Positions 20,094 through 30,453 of a stretch of DNA of 64,000 nucleotides are shown in pieces. Origin of the DNA: Thermodesulfobacteriota bacterium (lineage in GTDB: Bacteria > Desulfobacterota > Desulfarculia > JACQYL01); contig CAXXLZ010000002.1 in NCBI GenBank assembly GCA_963675595.2, positions 3,296,001 to 3,360,000 on the forward strand, read 5' to 3'. Position 1 is the first letter of the stretch; each line of letters begins with the position of its first letter. The notes below the pieces were generated by a model. That model saw only the letters and a program-made list of their open reading frames with translations. It searched no databases and was not told the origin of the DNA. Made by a program: the position numbers and the translations under genes.

Positions 20094-20216
20094 GGTGCTT
20101 TTCCAGCGTCTTGAATGTGGCGACCATGAAATCCTTCATGGTCGTCGAGCGCGGACTTGATCGCTTTCCTGACCGGGTCGGCGCGTCGGTAGGGCTTCTT
20201 CTTTCGGCTATGCTTC

Positions 20217-21602
20217 CTACTTCCCAATACAAAACCGGCTGAAGATCCGATGAAGCACCTCATCCGCCGTGGTTTCTCCGGTGAGGGCGGTGAGGGATTC
20301 CAGGGCCCAGTGCAGGTCCGCGGCCAGGGTGTCGATGCCGCCAACCGTGCGCAGGGTTTCCGCGGCTCGGGTGAGGTGGTCCACGCAGCGTTCCACCGCT
20401 TCCTTGTGGCGCACGCGGGTCAGCAGCACCCGGGAGCCGGGTTCCACCGCGTCTTGAAGCAGCAACCGGGCGGCGGCGGATTTGAGGTCCCCGAGGCCCT
20501 CCCCAGTTAAGGCGGAAATCGGCACGACCTTGGGACTGCCCAATTGTTCCTTCAGGGCCGACACGGCCTTTCCTTTCCACAGGTCCAGCTTGTTGGCCGC
20601 CACCAGGTGGGGTTTGGTGCGAATGCGCTCATGCACCGCGAGGTCCTCTTCCGTGAGGTCCGACGCATAATCCACCATGAAGATCACCAGGTCGGCGGCG
20701 TCGATCTTTTTGCGGGTGGTTTCCAGGCTGAGAAGTTCGATTTCGTCACCGGTTTCTCTCAGTCCGGCGGTGTCGATGAGGCGCACCGGGATGCCTTCCA
20801 GGTGGATGCTTTCCTCGATGGCGTCTCGGGTGGTGCCGGGAATGGGGGTGACCAGGGCCCGGTCTTCCATGAGCAGGGCGTTGAGCAGGCTGGATTTGCC
20901 CACGTTGGGCTTGCCGGCGATGACCACGCGAATGCCCTCGGTCATCAAGCGCCCGGTGTCGAAGGTGCGCAGCAGTTGCCGGAGCACGGGGAGGACTTTG
21001 GTTTCCAGGTCGGACAGGGCTTCCCGCGTGTCGATGATTTCCACGTCCTCTTCCGGGAAATCGATGGCCACTTCCACCCGGGCTTTGAGCTCCGCCAAGA
21101 GGGCGCGGATTTCCTCCACATGCCGCGCGAGTTTTCCCTGGAGTTGCGAGGAGGACACAGCCAAGGCTTCCCGGCTCCCCGCGTTCACCACGTCGATGAC
21201 CGCCTCGGCTCGGGTGAGATCGATGCGGCCGTGGAGAAAGGCCCGCTGGGTGAATTCACCGGGCTCGGCCGGACGCGCGCCGTGGAGGAGAACCAGGCGC
21301 AGGACGCTTTCGAGCACCGCTCGTCCGCTGTGGCACTGGATTTCCAGCATGTCCTCCCGAGTGTAGGTTCGGGGGGCCCGCATAAAGGCGAGCAATACTT
21401 CGTCCACGGGTTCGAGGGTGTCCGGGTCCACGATGTGACCGTAATGGAGCACGTGGGAGCGCAGGTCGGAAGCGCCGTCCGGTCGCCGGAACAGCTTTCG
21501 AGCCAGGGCAAGGGACCCGGAGCCGCTGACGCGGATGATGCCGATGGCCCCCACGCCGGGAGGCGTGGCCAAGGCCGCTATGGTGTCCGTGGAAAGTCGC
21601 AT
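20217..21602 (-). CDS. mnmE: tRNA modification GTPase MnmE/TrmE
   Basis: DTIAALATPPG, GKPNVGKSS, PGTTRD, DTAG, NKLD, C-terminal FCIGK. Confidence 0.97.
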   Translation of the reverse strand: MRLSTDTIAALATPPGVGAIGIIRVSGSGSLALARKLFRRPDGASDLRSHVLHYGHIVDPDTLEPVDEVLLAFMRAPRTYTREDMLEIQCHSGRAVLESVLRLVLLHGARPAEPGEFTQRAFLHGRIDLTRAEAVIDVVNAGSREALAVSSSQLQGKLARHVEEIRALLAELKARVEVAIDFPEEDVEIIDTREALSDLETKVLPVLRQLLRTFDTGRLMTEGIRVVIAGKPNVGKSSLLNALLMEDRALVTPIPGTTRDAIEESIHLEGIPVRLIDTAGLRETGDEIELLSLETTRKKIDAADLVIFMVDYASDLTEEDLAVHERIRTKPHLVAANKLDLWKGKAVSALKEQLGSPKVVPISALTGEGLGDLKSAAARLLLQDAVEPGSRVLLTRVRHKEAVERCVDHLTRAAETLRTVGGIDTLAADLHWALESLTALTGETTADEVLHRIFSRFCIGK

Positions 21603-22197
21603 GAGGGAGATTCCGGATGATATTGAGTGATTATTCAGGGATTATCAGGTAAAAACGTTTAAAAAAGGGTTTCCCTGGCCCTTTCCAAAATTTATTGAGC
21701 GGGTTGCTCGCTTCCGCGTCGCAACCGAGGTCGGGCGTTTTCCGTATGTCGGTTACCGGGTCCGTGATAACCGTAATCTTTGACGAGAACGTCGCAATTG
21801 GAACGCGGTGAATCGGGCGGACAAACGGGCTCTCAGTCCTGTCGTCGTTTTTCGAGGAGACGTTCCGCCGAAGGCGATGCGGCTGAGGGGGAAATAGGGT
21901 TGCACATCAATTTCCAGCGTTCCTCACATCTCCTATGTTGACGAAAAGCCTTCCAAGTTCGGCTTCGTCCCGCCGGGGACGGGCACCCTGTGAAGAAGAA
22001 TCCAGGCTTTGTAGAGCAGGCACTAGTGCCGTAATCGTTCACGGGAGGAAGTCGTCCATTGTAGGGGCAGGCCACAGTGCCTGCCCGAAAGGCGGCCGAA
22101 GGCCACCTTCTCCGTCGTACCCCCCGTGCCGGTGGTTCCCCGGTCACCCTATGAATACGAACGGTTTTTCAAAAGGTTCCCCCAAATCCGAATTCAC

Positions 22198-22233
22198 AAA
22201 AAATCCCCCTCCTTGGTCTTTAAGGGAGGGGGA
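22198..22233 (-). terminator. Probable intrinsic terminator downstream of jag
   Basis: TCCCCCTCC/GGAGGGGGA stem followed by a T-run on the minus strand. Confidence 0.6.
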
Positions 22234-22286
22234 CAAATTCGCCTTCACCCGCGGTGGGTATGAACAAACCGCTTTGGCGACGCGGA

Positions 22287-23318
22287 TCAGGATTTCTTCG
22301 GGGGCTTCCCTCTCTGCGGTCGCTGGGGGAAGATCACGATCCGTTTGAGCAGTCCCTCTCCCTTGCTCTTGGTTCGAAGCTGTTTGTCGTTCTGAAGCGC
22401 CAGATGAACGACCCGCCGGTCGTGGGAGTTCATGGGGCTGATGGTGATGGGTTTGCCGGCTTTCTTGGCCTTTTCTCCCAGTCGGAGCGCCATGTCCGCC
22501 AGGGATTTCTCCCGCCGATCCCGATAATTTTCGGAATCCACCACCACGTAGGCCCGTTTGCTCATCTCCTTGCTCACCATCTTGGTGAGCAGGTACTGGA
22601 GCGCATCGAGGGTCTTCCCTTTCTTGCCGATAAGCAAACTGGAAGATTCCCCGGTAAGATCCATGACGATGCGCCCGTTGGTGACCTCTCCTTTGACCGA
22701 AGCGGTCATGCCGGAAAGAGTGATGAGACGGTCGAGTTTGCTGTGGGCGATTTCCAGGGCCTTCTGAACGTCCTCTGAAGATTCGACGGCGGCTACCTGC
22801 TCCTCTTCGTCTTCCGGTTCGAGGTCGAATTCTTCCTGGTCGTCCGCGGTCGCGTCTTCAGTGGGGTCGGCGGGCGCCGCATCGAGGGGTTCCAGGTCCG
22901 AAACGATTTCCACCTCTTCGTCCGACTCCGGCTCCTCGGTGTCTTCCGGCTCCGCTTGAACGGCGACTTCAGGCCGCTTGGGCGGTTGCGGAGGGGGAGC
23001 GGGAGCGGGCTCGGGTTGGGCAGGCGGCTCTTCGGGAACTTCTTCGGCCGCTTTTTCGGGTGCTATGGTCTCGGGTTCGGCTCTCTTGCCTCGGATTTCC
23101 ATTTCGAGGTCCGAAAGGTCGACCAGCGGCTCCTGGGGCGGCTGCTCTTTGAGAAAAGCTTTAATCCTGGCCTTCTTGCCGCCCACCAGCCCGAAAATGC
23201 CCGTGGTGCCGGTGGAAAGAATCTGGATGTCCAGCTTCTCGGGCGTGGTATCGAAGTGCTTGCATGCGTTGTAAATGGCCTCCTCTGTGTTTTTTCCCAC
23301 AAATTCGATGGCGTCCAT
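22287..23318 (-). CDS. jag: Jag/KhpB/EloR RNA-binding protein
   Basis: Jag_N (GKNTEEAI...GIFGLVG), acidic Pro-rich linker, KH (LIGKKGKTLDALQ), R3H (DRRVVH); GGAGG RBS before 23318. Confidence 0.93.
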   Translation of the reverse strand: MDAIEFVGKNTEEAIYNACKHFDTTPEKLDIQILSTGTTGIFGLVGGKKARIKAFLKEQPPQEPLVDLSDLEMEIRGKRAEPETIAPEKAAEEVPEEPPAQPEPAPAPPPQPPKRPEVAVQAEPEDTEEPESDEEVEIVSDLEPLDAAPADPTEDATADDQEEFDLEPEDEEEQVAAVESSEDVQKALEIAHSKLDRLITLSGMTASVKGEVTNGRIVMDLTGESSSLLIGKKGKTLDALQYLLTKMVSKEMSKRAYVVVDSENYRDRREKSLADMALRLGEKAKKAGKPITISPMNSHDRRVVHLALQNDKQLRTKSKGEGLLKRIVIFPQRPQRGKPPKKS

Positions 23319-23341
23319 GTTGGTTGTTCCTCCGAGTGAGG

Positions 23342-24982
23342 TTAGGCCTTTTTGTTGATCAGGTATTGTTGGCCTATGGATAGGATGTTGTTGACAAGCC
23401 AGTATAGAACCAGACCGGAAGGGAAGTTGATGAACAGGAACGTGAAGACGATGGGAAGCATCATCATCATTTTGGCCTGGGTCGGATCTCCCGGAGTGGG
23501 AGTCATTTTCTGCTGAATGAACATGGAAAGACCCATGAGAAGGGTCAGGACCGGAAGGCCGCCCACATAAGGAAGATCGAATCCGATGGGCAGGCGGTCC
23601 GGGGCGGAAAGGTCGTTGACCCACAACATGAAGGGAGCGTGCCTCATTTCGATGGACTGAACCAGAATCCTGTAAAGGGCGAAGAACACGGGAATCTGGA
23701 TCACCATGGGCAGGCAGCCTCCCAGGGGATTCACCTTGTGAGTCTTGTAGAGCCCCATCATCTCGGCGTTTATGCGCTGCTTGTCGTCTTTGTACTGTTC
23801 TCGAATCTTCGTCATCTGAGGCTGCAGGTCCTTCATGGCCTTCATGGAGGTATAGCTCTTTTGAGTTAAGGGCCAGAAGAGAATCTTGATGATGACGGTG
23901 ACAAGGATGATGGCCAGACCGTAGTTGTGCAGTCCTTTGTAGAACCATTTCAGAAGGTACAGGACGGGCTTGGCGATGATGTCGAAGAAACCGTAATCTA
24001 CGACGCGTTCGAGACCGAGATGCAGGCTCTTGAGAACTTCGAGCTGCCTGGGGCCGAAGTAGAGGTGGTAGCCGTACCGGGTTTCCATGGCTTTGGGCAG
24101 GTTGGCCGGAGGATTCACCAAGTCGATGCGCACCGTGGAATCGCCCCGGGGGCTGATGCGAACACTGCCGGTAAAAGCCTGGTCGGGAACCATGGCGGTC
24201 ATGAAATAGTTGTCCACATAGGCGGCCCAATGGATTTCTCCGGCCACGATATCCTGTTCCTCAAGCTTCTTAAGGGCTTCGGTCTTGAGACTGTTTCCGA
24301 TCAATGCGGTCATGTGGACTTCGTTGTACGAAGAGTTGGCGTGATCAAAAGGAGAACCGATCAGGCTCAGTTCCAGGTTGTCGTCGAAGACTCCGGCCCC
24401 GAAGTTGCTGACCGTGACGTCCAGGTCGATGAGATAAGAGTCCGGATGAAACGTGTACTTCTTGATGAATCGGAGCCCTTGAGGTGAGGTCCACTGAAAG
24501 GTAAGCGCTTCGGGCGCGCTCTTGCCCGTCAGATCGATCCGGGAACGATCCGAAGTGAAAAGGGCCCGGGGCAGCTCTGGAACGGAATTGTTGTACAGCC
24601 CCAAAACGAGGCACGGTTGATGCGCCTTGAACAGCTCGAGGGGCGGGGAGTCCTTGGCTACGGTCTCACGGTATTTCTTGAGACGGAAACTCAGGAATCC
24701 GGCTTGATTTTCCGTGAGTTCGGCGCGGTAGAGGGGATGTTCGACCACGATCGTCCGAGCCTGGGTGGTGGGAACCACTTCGGGTACGGCGACCGACGGC
24801 TCGACCGGAGTGGAGGCCGTCACGGATTCGTTCGTCGGAACCGGTTTCGCGGCTTCCTGTTCAGCTGCCTGTTCCACTGCGGGAGGCTGCGGCAAGGGTT
24901 TTTCGGATTGACTTCCGAAAAAGGACCACAGCAGCAGCACCACCATGGACAGGACAACGGCGATCAAAGCGTTCTTTTCCAT
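23342..24982 (-). CDS. yidC: Membrane protein insertase YidC
   Basis: NYGLAII, NPLGGCLP, DLSAPD, FPSGLVLYW; operon context. Confidence 0.97.
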   Translation of the reverse strand: MEKNALIAVVLSMVVLLLWSFFGSQSEKPLPQPPAVEQAAEQEAAKPVPTNESVTASTPVEPSVAVPEVVPTTQARTIVVEHPLYRAELTENQAGFLSFRLKKYRETVAKDSPPLELFKAHQPCLVLGLYNNSVPELPRALFTSDRSRIDLTGKSAPEALTFQWTSPQGLRFIKKYTFHPDSYLIDLDVTVSNFGAGVFDDNLELSLIGSPFDHANSSYNEVHMTALIGNSLKTEALKKLEEQDIVAGEIHWAAYVDNYFMTAMVPDQAFTGSVRISPRGDSTVRIDLVNPPANLPKAMETRYGYHLYFGPRQLEVLKSLHLGLERVVDYGFFDIIAKPVLYLLKWFYKGLHNYGLAIILVTVIIKILFWPLTQKSYTSMKAMKDLQPQMTKIREQYKDDKQRINAEMMGLYKTHKVNPLGGCLPMVIQIPVFFALYRILVQSIEMRHAPFMLWVNDLSAPDRLPIGFDLPYVGGLPVLTLLMGLSMFIQQKMTPTPGDPTQAKMMMMLPIVFTFLFINFPSGLVLYWLVNNILSIGQQYLINKKA

Positions 24983-25007
24983 TCAAATGAACTCCTGGGG
25001 GATGTGC

Positions 25008-25238
25008 TCAATCCACGGGATCAACCGGATCAACGGGATCGTAGCCGCCGGGGTGAAACGGGTGGCATTTCAAGAGACGTCGCACCGCGAGATACGAACC
25101 TCGCACGGCGCCGTATCTTCGCACGGCTTCCAGCGCATAAGCGGAGCACGTAGGGGTGAACCGGCAGGAGGGCGGAAAAATGGGGGATACCAACCAGCGA
25201 TATGCTTGGATCAAGACGACTAACAAACCTCTGGCCAT
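25008..25238 (-). CDS. yidD: Membrane protein insertion efficiency factor YidD
   Basis: [10 protein letters not shown] and [13 protein letters not shown]; C-terminal DPV repeated three times. Confidence 0.95.
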   Translation of the reverse strand: MARGLLVVLIQAYRWLVSPIFPPSCRFTPTCSAYALEAVRRYGAVRGSYLAVRRLLKCHPFHPGGYDPVDPVDPVD

Positions 25239-25248
25239 GTAACGGCAC

Positions 25249-25674
25249 TCATGCCCAAACCTTAACGACTTCCTCGACAAGGCCGGAATAACTCAGCGTA
25301 TGAGCCCCGGGTTTGGCTATCATGACGACGTCCATGGATCCGGGAACTTCAAATTTATTCAATCTGAAGAACTCTCTCGCCAAACGTTTGACGCGATTTC
25401 TTCTTACCGCGTTCCCGATTCTCTTGCTGACGATCAGGCCCAATCGAGAATGGTCCAATTCATTAGGGCAAAGGACAATAGTAAAATGCGGCGTATGATG
25501 CCTGCGTCCTCTTCGAAGCGCGTGGTCGAACTCCGACCTGCGTAGGAGCCTCTCTTCCTTTGCAAGGCCGAACCGCTTGCGATCATTTCGCTCACCGGCT
25601 ACCGGAGACGAGGTTGATGGCAAAGTCAATCCTCGAACGATCCGAGCCGGCGCATGGTTCGACGCTGGTACCAT
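25249..25674 (-). CDS. rnpA: Ribonuclease P protein component
   Basis: [25 protein letters not shown]; true start may be further downstream. Confidence 0.93.
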   Translation of the reverse strand: MVPASNHAPARIVRGLTLPSTSSPVAGERNDRKRFGLAKEERLLRRSEFDHALRRGRRHHTPHFTIVLCPNELDHSRLGLIVSKRIGNAVRRNRVKRLAREFFRLNKFEVPGSMDVVMIAKPGAHTLSYSGLVEEVVKVWA

Positions 25675-25737
25675 CGGCCTGACCCAGGCTGAAACTCAGT
25701 TTGATTCGGAAGAGAATGCACCTTTCTCCAGGTGAAT

Positions 25738-25872
25738 TCACGCGGACAAAACTTTTCTGCCCTTCGCCCTCCTCCTCCTGAGGACGTTCTTCCCCCCTTT
25801 GGTACTCATCCTAACCAGAAAACCGTGCGTTCGTTTTCTCTTTATATTACTCGGCTGAAAAGTCCGTTTCAT
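25738..25872 (-). CDS. rpmH: 50S ribosomal protein L34 (below ORF-track cutoff)
   Basis: Manual translation [44 protein letters not shown], 44 aa. Confidence 0.97.
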   Translation of the reverse strand: MKRTFQPSNIKRKRTHGFLVRMSTKGGKNVLRRRRAKGRKVLSA

Positions 25873-26032
25873 AGCATCCTCAAAGTTGGCAAATTTCGCG
25901 CCTATCTTACATGGGCGCCCAGGTTTGTCAAGCCGGATTTTGTCTTGCGACGGCGGAATCGCGCGAAAACCCCCGCCGTCCTCTCCGAGCTTCGTTGTTT
26001 CGAATTGTTCTATCCGACGCCGATTTCGGTCG

Positions 26033-27124
26033 TCAGAAAATCTTGAGCTGTTGGCCGGGATGAATCACGTCGTGCGTCAGGCCGTTCCAGACCTTGATGT
26101 CCCGTACGGTGACTCCCAGCCGTTTGGCGATCAGTCCCAGACTCTCACCGGCCCGAACCACGTGGATCTTGAAACTCGGTTTGACATAGCTTGCCTTGTA
26201 GTCGTCATAGAACTTGGCGAACCGATTTTCGGAACCTTTGGGCAGCTTGATTTCGTACTTCCCCGGTGGAAAGTAATCGCCTTTAATGTCCGGGTTGAGG
26301 GCTTTCATTTCCTTATAATAGGTGCCGCAGGCCCGGGCCACGGTACGGAAGTGAATTCCCTCTTCAAAATCCACCACGAAAGTATCGAATTCCACTGGCC
26401 GATACCTGGTCGGGTGGCTGTAAGGCTCGTACCCGTAATCCCGCGGATTGCTCAAAATGACCTTGGCCGCCAGAATCCGGAAAATATACCGTTCCGTTTC
26501 GGTGGGCAGATCCATCCGATAATAATTCGTCTCTCCCTGCTCCTTGATAACGCTTTCGACTCTTTTTTCACCGCAGTTATAGGCGGCCGCCGCCAGAGTC
26601 CACGACTTGAACTCCTCGTAAAGGTCGCTCAGGTAATTCAGCGCCGCGTCCGTGGCTTTTTCGGCATGAAGCCGATCTTCGAACCACGAGTTGCTTCGGA
26701 GATCGTATCTTCTTCCGGTCTCCCTGATGAACTGCCACATGCCCAGGGCTCCGCGGTAGGAGCGAACATCCGTAATCAAGGAACTCTCGGCCACGGCCAG
26801 ATATTTCAAATCGTCCGGCATGGTTCGGCTGCGCAGCTCTTTTTCGACGGCTGGGAAGAATCGCTGCTTCCTACGCAACCACAAGTAGACTTGCGCGTGA
26901 TCGTAGACCGAAATCAGGAATTCCCTTTCCATCCGTTCCCATACTTCGGGAATGAACAGCGGCACGGGCTCTCCGCAAAGTTCAAGGGTGGAAGGCAATT
27001 CGTATGCGGGCACCTGGAGTACGGACGGTTTCGCATCTCCTCCGAAGGCGGTCCCCGCAACGGTCAAACATAGGACAAAAAACAGTATTTGAATGGAATG
27101 ACCGACGTTGACGGATGTCCTCAT
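26033..27124 (-). CDS. Lytic transglycosylase (MltD-like SLT domain plus LysM)
   Basis: [26 protein letters not shown]; C-terminal Lys[16 protein letters not shown]...IHPGQQL. Confidence 0.9.
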   Translation of the reverse strand: MRTSVNVGHSIQILFFVLCLTVAGTAFGGDAKPSVLQVPAYELPSTLELCGEPVPLFIPEVWERMEREFLISVYDHAQVYLWLRRKQRFFPAVEKELRSRTMPDDLKYLAVAESSLITDVRSYRGALGMWQFIRETGRRYDLRSNSWFEDRLHAEKATDAALNYLSDLYEEFKSWTLAAAAYNCGEKRVESVIKEQGETNYYRMDLPTETERYIFRILAAKVILSNPRDYGYEPYSHPTRYRPVEFDTFVVDFEEGIHFRTVARACGTYYKEMKALNPDIKGDYFPPGKYEIKLPKGSENRFAKFYDDYKASYVKPSFKIHVVRAGESLGLIAKRLGVTVRDIKVWNGLTHDVIHPGQQLKIF

Positions 27125-27149
27125 GTCAATACTCGGCTTTGGCTCCCTT

Positions 27150-27575
27150 TCAAACGGGACGGCAAGGAATCTCCAGTTCGTTGAAAAAATATCCGATTTC
27201 CGTGGCGGCCGTCTCCGGTGCATCCGAACCGTGAACGGCGTTTCGTTCCACATCGGTACCGTGCGCCTTACGAATCGTCCCTTCCGCCGCATCGGCGGGG
27301 TTTGTAGCGCCCATGATCCTGCGATTGGCGGCAATGGCGTCCGGGCCTTCCAGGATCATCACCACAATGGGACCTTCCGACATGAACCCGGTGAGGCTTT
27401 CGAAGAAAGGCCTTTCGCGGTGCACGGCATAAAATCCCATGGCTTCTTCCTTGGTGAGGTGAAGCATTTTCATGGCGGCGATCCGCAAACCTTCCCGTTC
27501 GAACCGGTTGATGATATCTCCGACGACATTCTTGGAAACGGCGTCGGGCTTAATGATGGACAGTGTTCTTTCCAT
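27150..27575 (-). CDS. ndk: Nucleoside diphosphate kinase
   Basis: [25 protein letters not shown]. Confidence 0.97.
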   Translation of the reverse strand: MERTLSIIKPDAVSKNVVGDIINRFEREGLRIAAMKMLHLTKEEAMGFYAVHRERPFFESLTGFMSEGPIVVMILEGPDAIAANRRIMGATNPADAAEGTIRKAHGTDVERNAVHGSDAPETAATEIGYFFNELEIPCRPV

Positions 27576-27803
27576 GGAATCTTTCCTCCGCGTGAATCTC
27601 AGAACTTCGAACTCGCTATCGGGACTTCGGGCGAAGCGCATCCGACCGGGACCAGACCATACGTTAAACCCGGGTGGATTGCAAGGACATGGGAACTCCC
27701 TGCAAAGGAACGAATCCACTTGACTGAACCGGGCTGCTGCCGGATGATCTAATGTTGGATGATTTTCCTTTAGGCTCTTTAGACTGGGACGAATGTAGCT
27801 GCC

Positions 27804-28130
27804 ATGAAGACGTCTTCAAAAATAAATCAAGGCATTCCGACCCTCAAGCCGGGCCGCGACATTACGGCGTCCGTGGCTCAAGACTTTAACCAGGCCCTTG
27901 TGGCCATGGTGAAACGGAAGCCTCAAGCGCTCGTTGTGGACTTCGACGGAGTGGAAATGATCGATTCCGTCGGTTTAGGCGTTCTTGTGGGCGCCATCAA
28001 CTCCCTGAGCAAGCACGGGGGGGAGTTGCGGCTGATCCATGTTTCGGAACAGATTCACGAGTTGCTGATTCTCATGCGCCTCGACCGAAGACTCGTGGTT
28101 GAAGGCCCTTCCGAACCCACGTCTGAGTAA
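27804..28130 (+). CDS. STAS-domain anti-sigma-factor antagonist
   Basis: [18 protein letters not shown] with the phospho-acceptor Ser motif. Confidence 0.9.
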   Translation: MKTSSKINQGIPTLKPGRDITASVAQDFNQALVAMVKRKPQALVVDFDGVEMIDSVGLGVLVGAINSLSKHGGELRLIHVSEQIHELLILMRLDRRLVVEGPSEPTSE

Positions 28131-28240
28131 TCTCATACCCCACGGGGCGCCCGCGTTGAATGCATCGCTGATGCGGAACGGCCTCGAAAATACGGAAGAC
28201 GGTTTCGGGTTCCCGTCCGTTTTCGGCTTCAGGATGAGGG

Positions 28241-30121
28241 ATGGAACTTGAACACATCAAGGACTTCCTGCGGGAGCATGAGCCCTTGTGGGAAGCCTGG
28301 CAAATTCAGGTGGAAGTGAACGATCGGGCGGCGGCGCCTCTTTTCGTACTTTTCAATCCCGAGCAACCGGAAGTGCGTTCCCTGCTTCGCGTGGTCGGCG
28401 CCGCGAAAGCACCGCCTCCACCCGGCGAAGAGGGAGCCGAAGCCGAAGAAGCCGCCTCCCGGGCGTGCGAGGACAGCCTGCGAAACGAAGCCGCCGTGGT
28501 GCTCGAACCGGCGAGCCTGCCTCCGCATCCGGCCGTTGCCGCCGCTAGAGATATGGATATCCTTGCGGAACGAGTGGGCAAGGGGGCCGCATGCTATATC
28601 CTGGTGCGAATGGACTACTACCCCGCCACCCTCGAAGAAGTTCTGGAAGAGTCTCTCCTGTCGGAAGAAGAGGCGGCGGAATTCGGGTTGTCCTTGCTTT
28701 CCGGGCTTGAACATCTGGTGGAATACGAGATCGGCGGGGTGTGCTTCCGCGCCGACGCCGTCTTCGTCTCGGATGACGGCCCGGTGATGGACCCCGTCTG
28801 GGGGGTCTTTCCCTCGGAAGCGCAATCGTGGCGGCAGTCCTTTGGGGAACACTCGCGGTTCATGGCGCCCGAACCCGTTGGAGACTCGGGGTTCGACGCC
28901 ACGGCGGAGCTGAAGACCGGCATGTATTCCCTGGGAGCGCTGCTCTATTTGACCGTCGAGGGGAAATTGCCTTTCTCGGAGGAAGATTCCGAGGAGCCGC
29001 CAAGCGGCGAGGAACGGGACTCTCCGGTGTCCTTCGGTCGGAGCGTATCCAGGAAGTTTCAGGAGGTGGTGTTCCGATGCCTGGACCCGGACCCGGATCG
29101 GCGATTCGAAACCGTCGGCCAAATGCGCTCCGGGCTCGAGGAGACTCTGGCGAGCATACGTCGATCCGTGAAAGAACAGAAACGGACTCTGCGTTCCGCC
29201 CTGGAAAAGGGCGATGTGCGGAAAGCGGCGCTGGCTCGGATCAAGCTTGGTCTTCTACTGGGGCGCAGAACCGGGCAGGACTCTGAATTCACGGCACTCA
29301 GCCGGAACCTGGACAAAGTCCTGGAGAAAGAGGACGCCGCTGAGACGTCGGGGACGGCTGAGCCGGAACCGCTTCAGCCTCGGGCGAAGAAAGGGGCTCG
29401 TTCGAAGACGGTGAAAGGTTCGGCCGAAGTCTGGACCAACTCATTGGGAATGACCTTTGTGCCGATCTTGCCGGGAAAGTTTCTTATGGGTAGCCCCGAC
29501 GATGAACCGGGACGTTTCGGCAACGAGTCGCTGCATCCGGTGGAGCTTACGGGCCGGTTTGATCTCCAGAAGACTTTGGTGACCCAGGGGCAGTGGACCG
29601 CGGTCATGGGCGCCAATCCTTCTCATTTTCAGGGAGAGGAAGAACGACCGGTGGAAAAAGTCTCCTGGATGGATTGCCAGGAATTCATCCGTCGTCTGAA
29701 CGAGCGGGACTCTTCGGGGGCTTATCGGCTTCCTACGGAAGCCGAATGGGAATACGCTTGCCGAGCGGGTGGTTCGACCTTATTTTGTTACGGAGACAAC
29801 GAGGAACTTCTCGGCGAATACGCTTGGTATGAAGCCAATGCCGAGGGGAGCACCCATGCGGTGGCGCTGAAAAAACCCAATGCCTGGGGTCTGTTCGATA
29901 TGCACGGAAACGTGATGGAATGGGTCCTGGACGGTCGATCGGAGTATCCCAAAGGATCGGTGAAGGATCCCGTTGCCCCTCTTAAAGGGCCTTTGCGCAT
30001 GGCCCGCGGAGGCAGCTGGAGCAACGGCCGGCGTTTTCTGCGTTGCGCCTTCCGTTTCCCTTGTCTGGCCGACTTCCGCAATGTGGACCTGGGATTTCGA
30101 CTGGTTCGGATATCGAACTGA
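28241..30121 (+). CDS. Kinase-like (probable pseudokinase) domain fused to an FGE-sulfatase/SUMF1 domain
   Basis: FMAPE, MYSLGALLY...GKLPF, CLDPDPDRRF; C-terminal FLMGS, RLPTEAEWEYACRAG, PNAWGLFDMHGNVMEW, RGGSW, LGFRL. Confidence 0.85.
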   Translation: MELEHIKDFLREHEPLWEAWQIQVEVNDRAAAPLFVLFNPEQPEVRSLLRVVGAAKAPPPPGEEGAEAEEAASRACEDSLRNEAAVVLEPASLPPHPAVAAARDMDILAERVGKGAACYILVRMDYYPATLEEVLEESLLSEEEAAEFGLSLLSGLEHLVEYEIGGVCFRADAVFVSDDGPVMDPVWGVFPSEAQSWRQSFGEHSRFMAPEPVGDSGFDATAELKTGMYSLGALLYLTVEGKLPFSEEDSEEPPSGEERDSPVSFGRSVSRKFQEVVFRCLDPDPDRRFETVGQMRSGLEETLASIRRSVKEQKRTLRSALEKGDVRKAALARIKLGLLLGRRTGQDSEFTALSRNLDKVLEKEDAAETSGTAEPEPLQPRAKKGARSKTVKGSAEVWTNSLGMTFVPILPGKFLMGSPDDEPGRFGNESLHPVELTGRFDLQKTLVTQGQWTAVMGANPSHFQGEEERPVEKVSWMDCQEFIRRLNERDSSGAYRLPTEAEWEYACRAGGSTLFCYGDNEELLGEYAWYEANAEGSTHAVALKKPNAWGLFDMHGNVMEWVLDGRSEYPKGSVKDPVAPLKGPLRMARGGSWSNGRRFLRCAFRFPCLADFRNVDLGFRLVRISN

Positions 30122-30159
30122 ACGGGCCTCAGGCAAGGCGCTATCCTATGAGATGAGAG

Positions 30160-30453
30160 ATGGAAAAAAACGCGAACGAAATGCTTCGGACTATCTCCGC
30201 TATGCGTCGGGAACTTAGTGAGAAGTTCACCGTAATACGGATCGGAGTCTTTGGCTCCTTCGCCAGGGGAGATGCGGGTCCTGATAGCGACGTGGACATT
30301 CTTGTGGAGCTGGCTGAGCCGACCTTCGATCACTATATGGATCTCAAATTCAGGTTGGAAGAGGTACTCCGGCGTCGTGTGGATCTTGTACTCGCCGACG
30401 CCTTGAAACCTCGATTGAAGCCGATCATCGAGAATGAGCTTATGTATGTATAG
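30160..30453 (+). CDS. Minimal nucleotidyltransferase (MNT antitoxin)
   Basis: GVFGSFARGD...DSDVDILVE, RRVDLV; 97 aa. Confidence 0.92.
   Translation: MEKNANEMLRTISAMRRELSEKFTVIRIGVFGSFARGDAGPDSDVDILVELAEPTFDHYMDLKFRLEEVLRRRVDLVLADALKPRLKPIIENELMYV

Noticed and set aside
22287-24230. 647-aa ORF as one long protein
   Set aside because: The N-terminal part is an alternative frame over yidC; jag starts at 23318 with its own RBS
25873-26032. oriC upstream of rpmH
   Set aside because: Short GC-rich spacer, no dnaA, no DnaA-box cluster seen
29440-30121. FGE/C-type-lectin domain as target of a diversity-generating retroelement
   Set aside because: No reverse transcriptase and no second copy of the 3' region (template repeat) seen in the window
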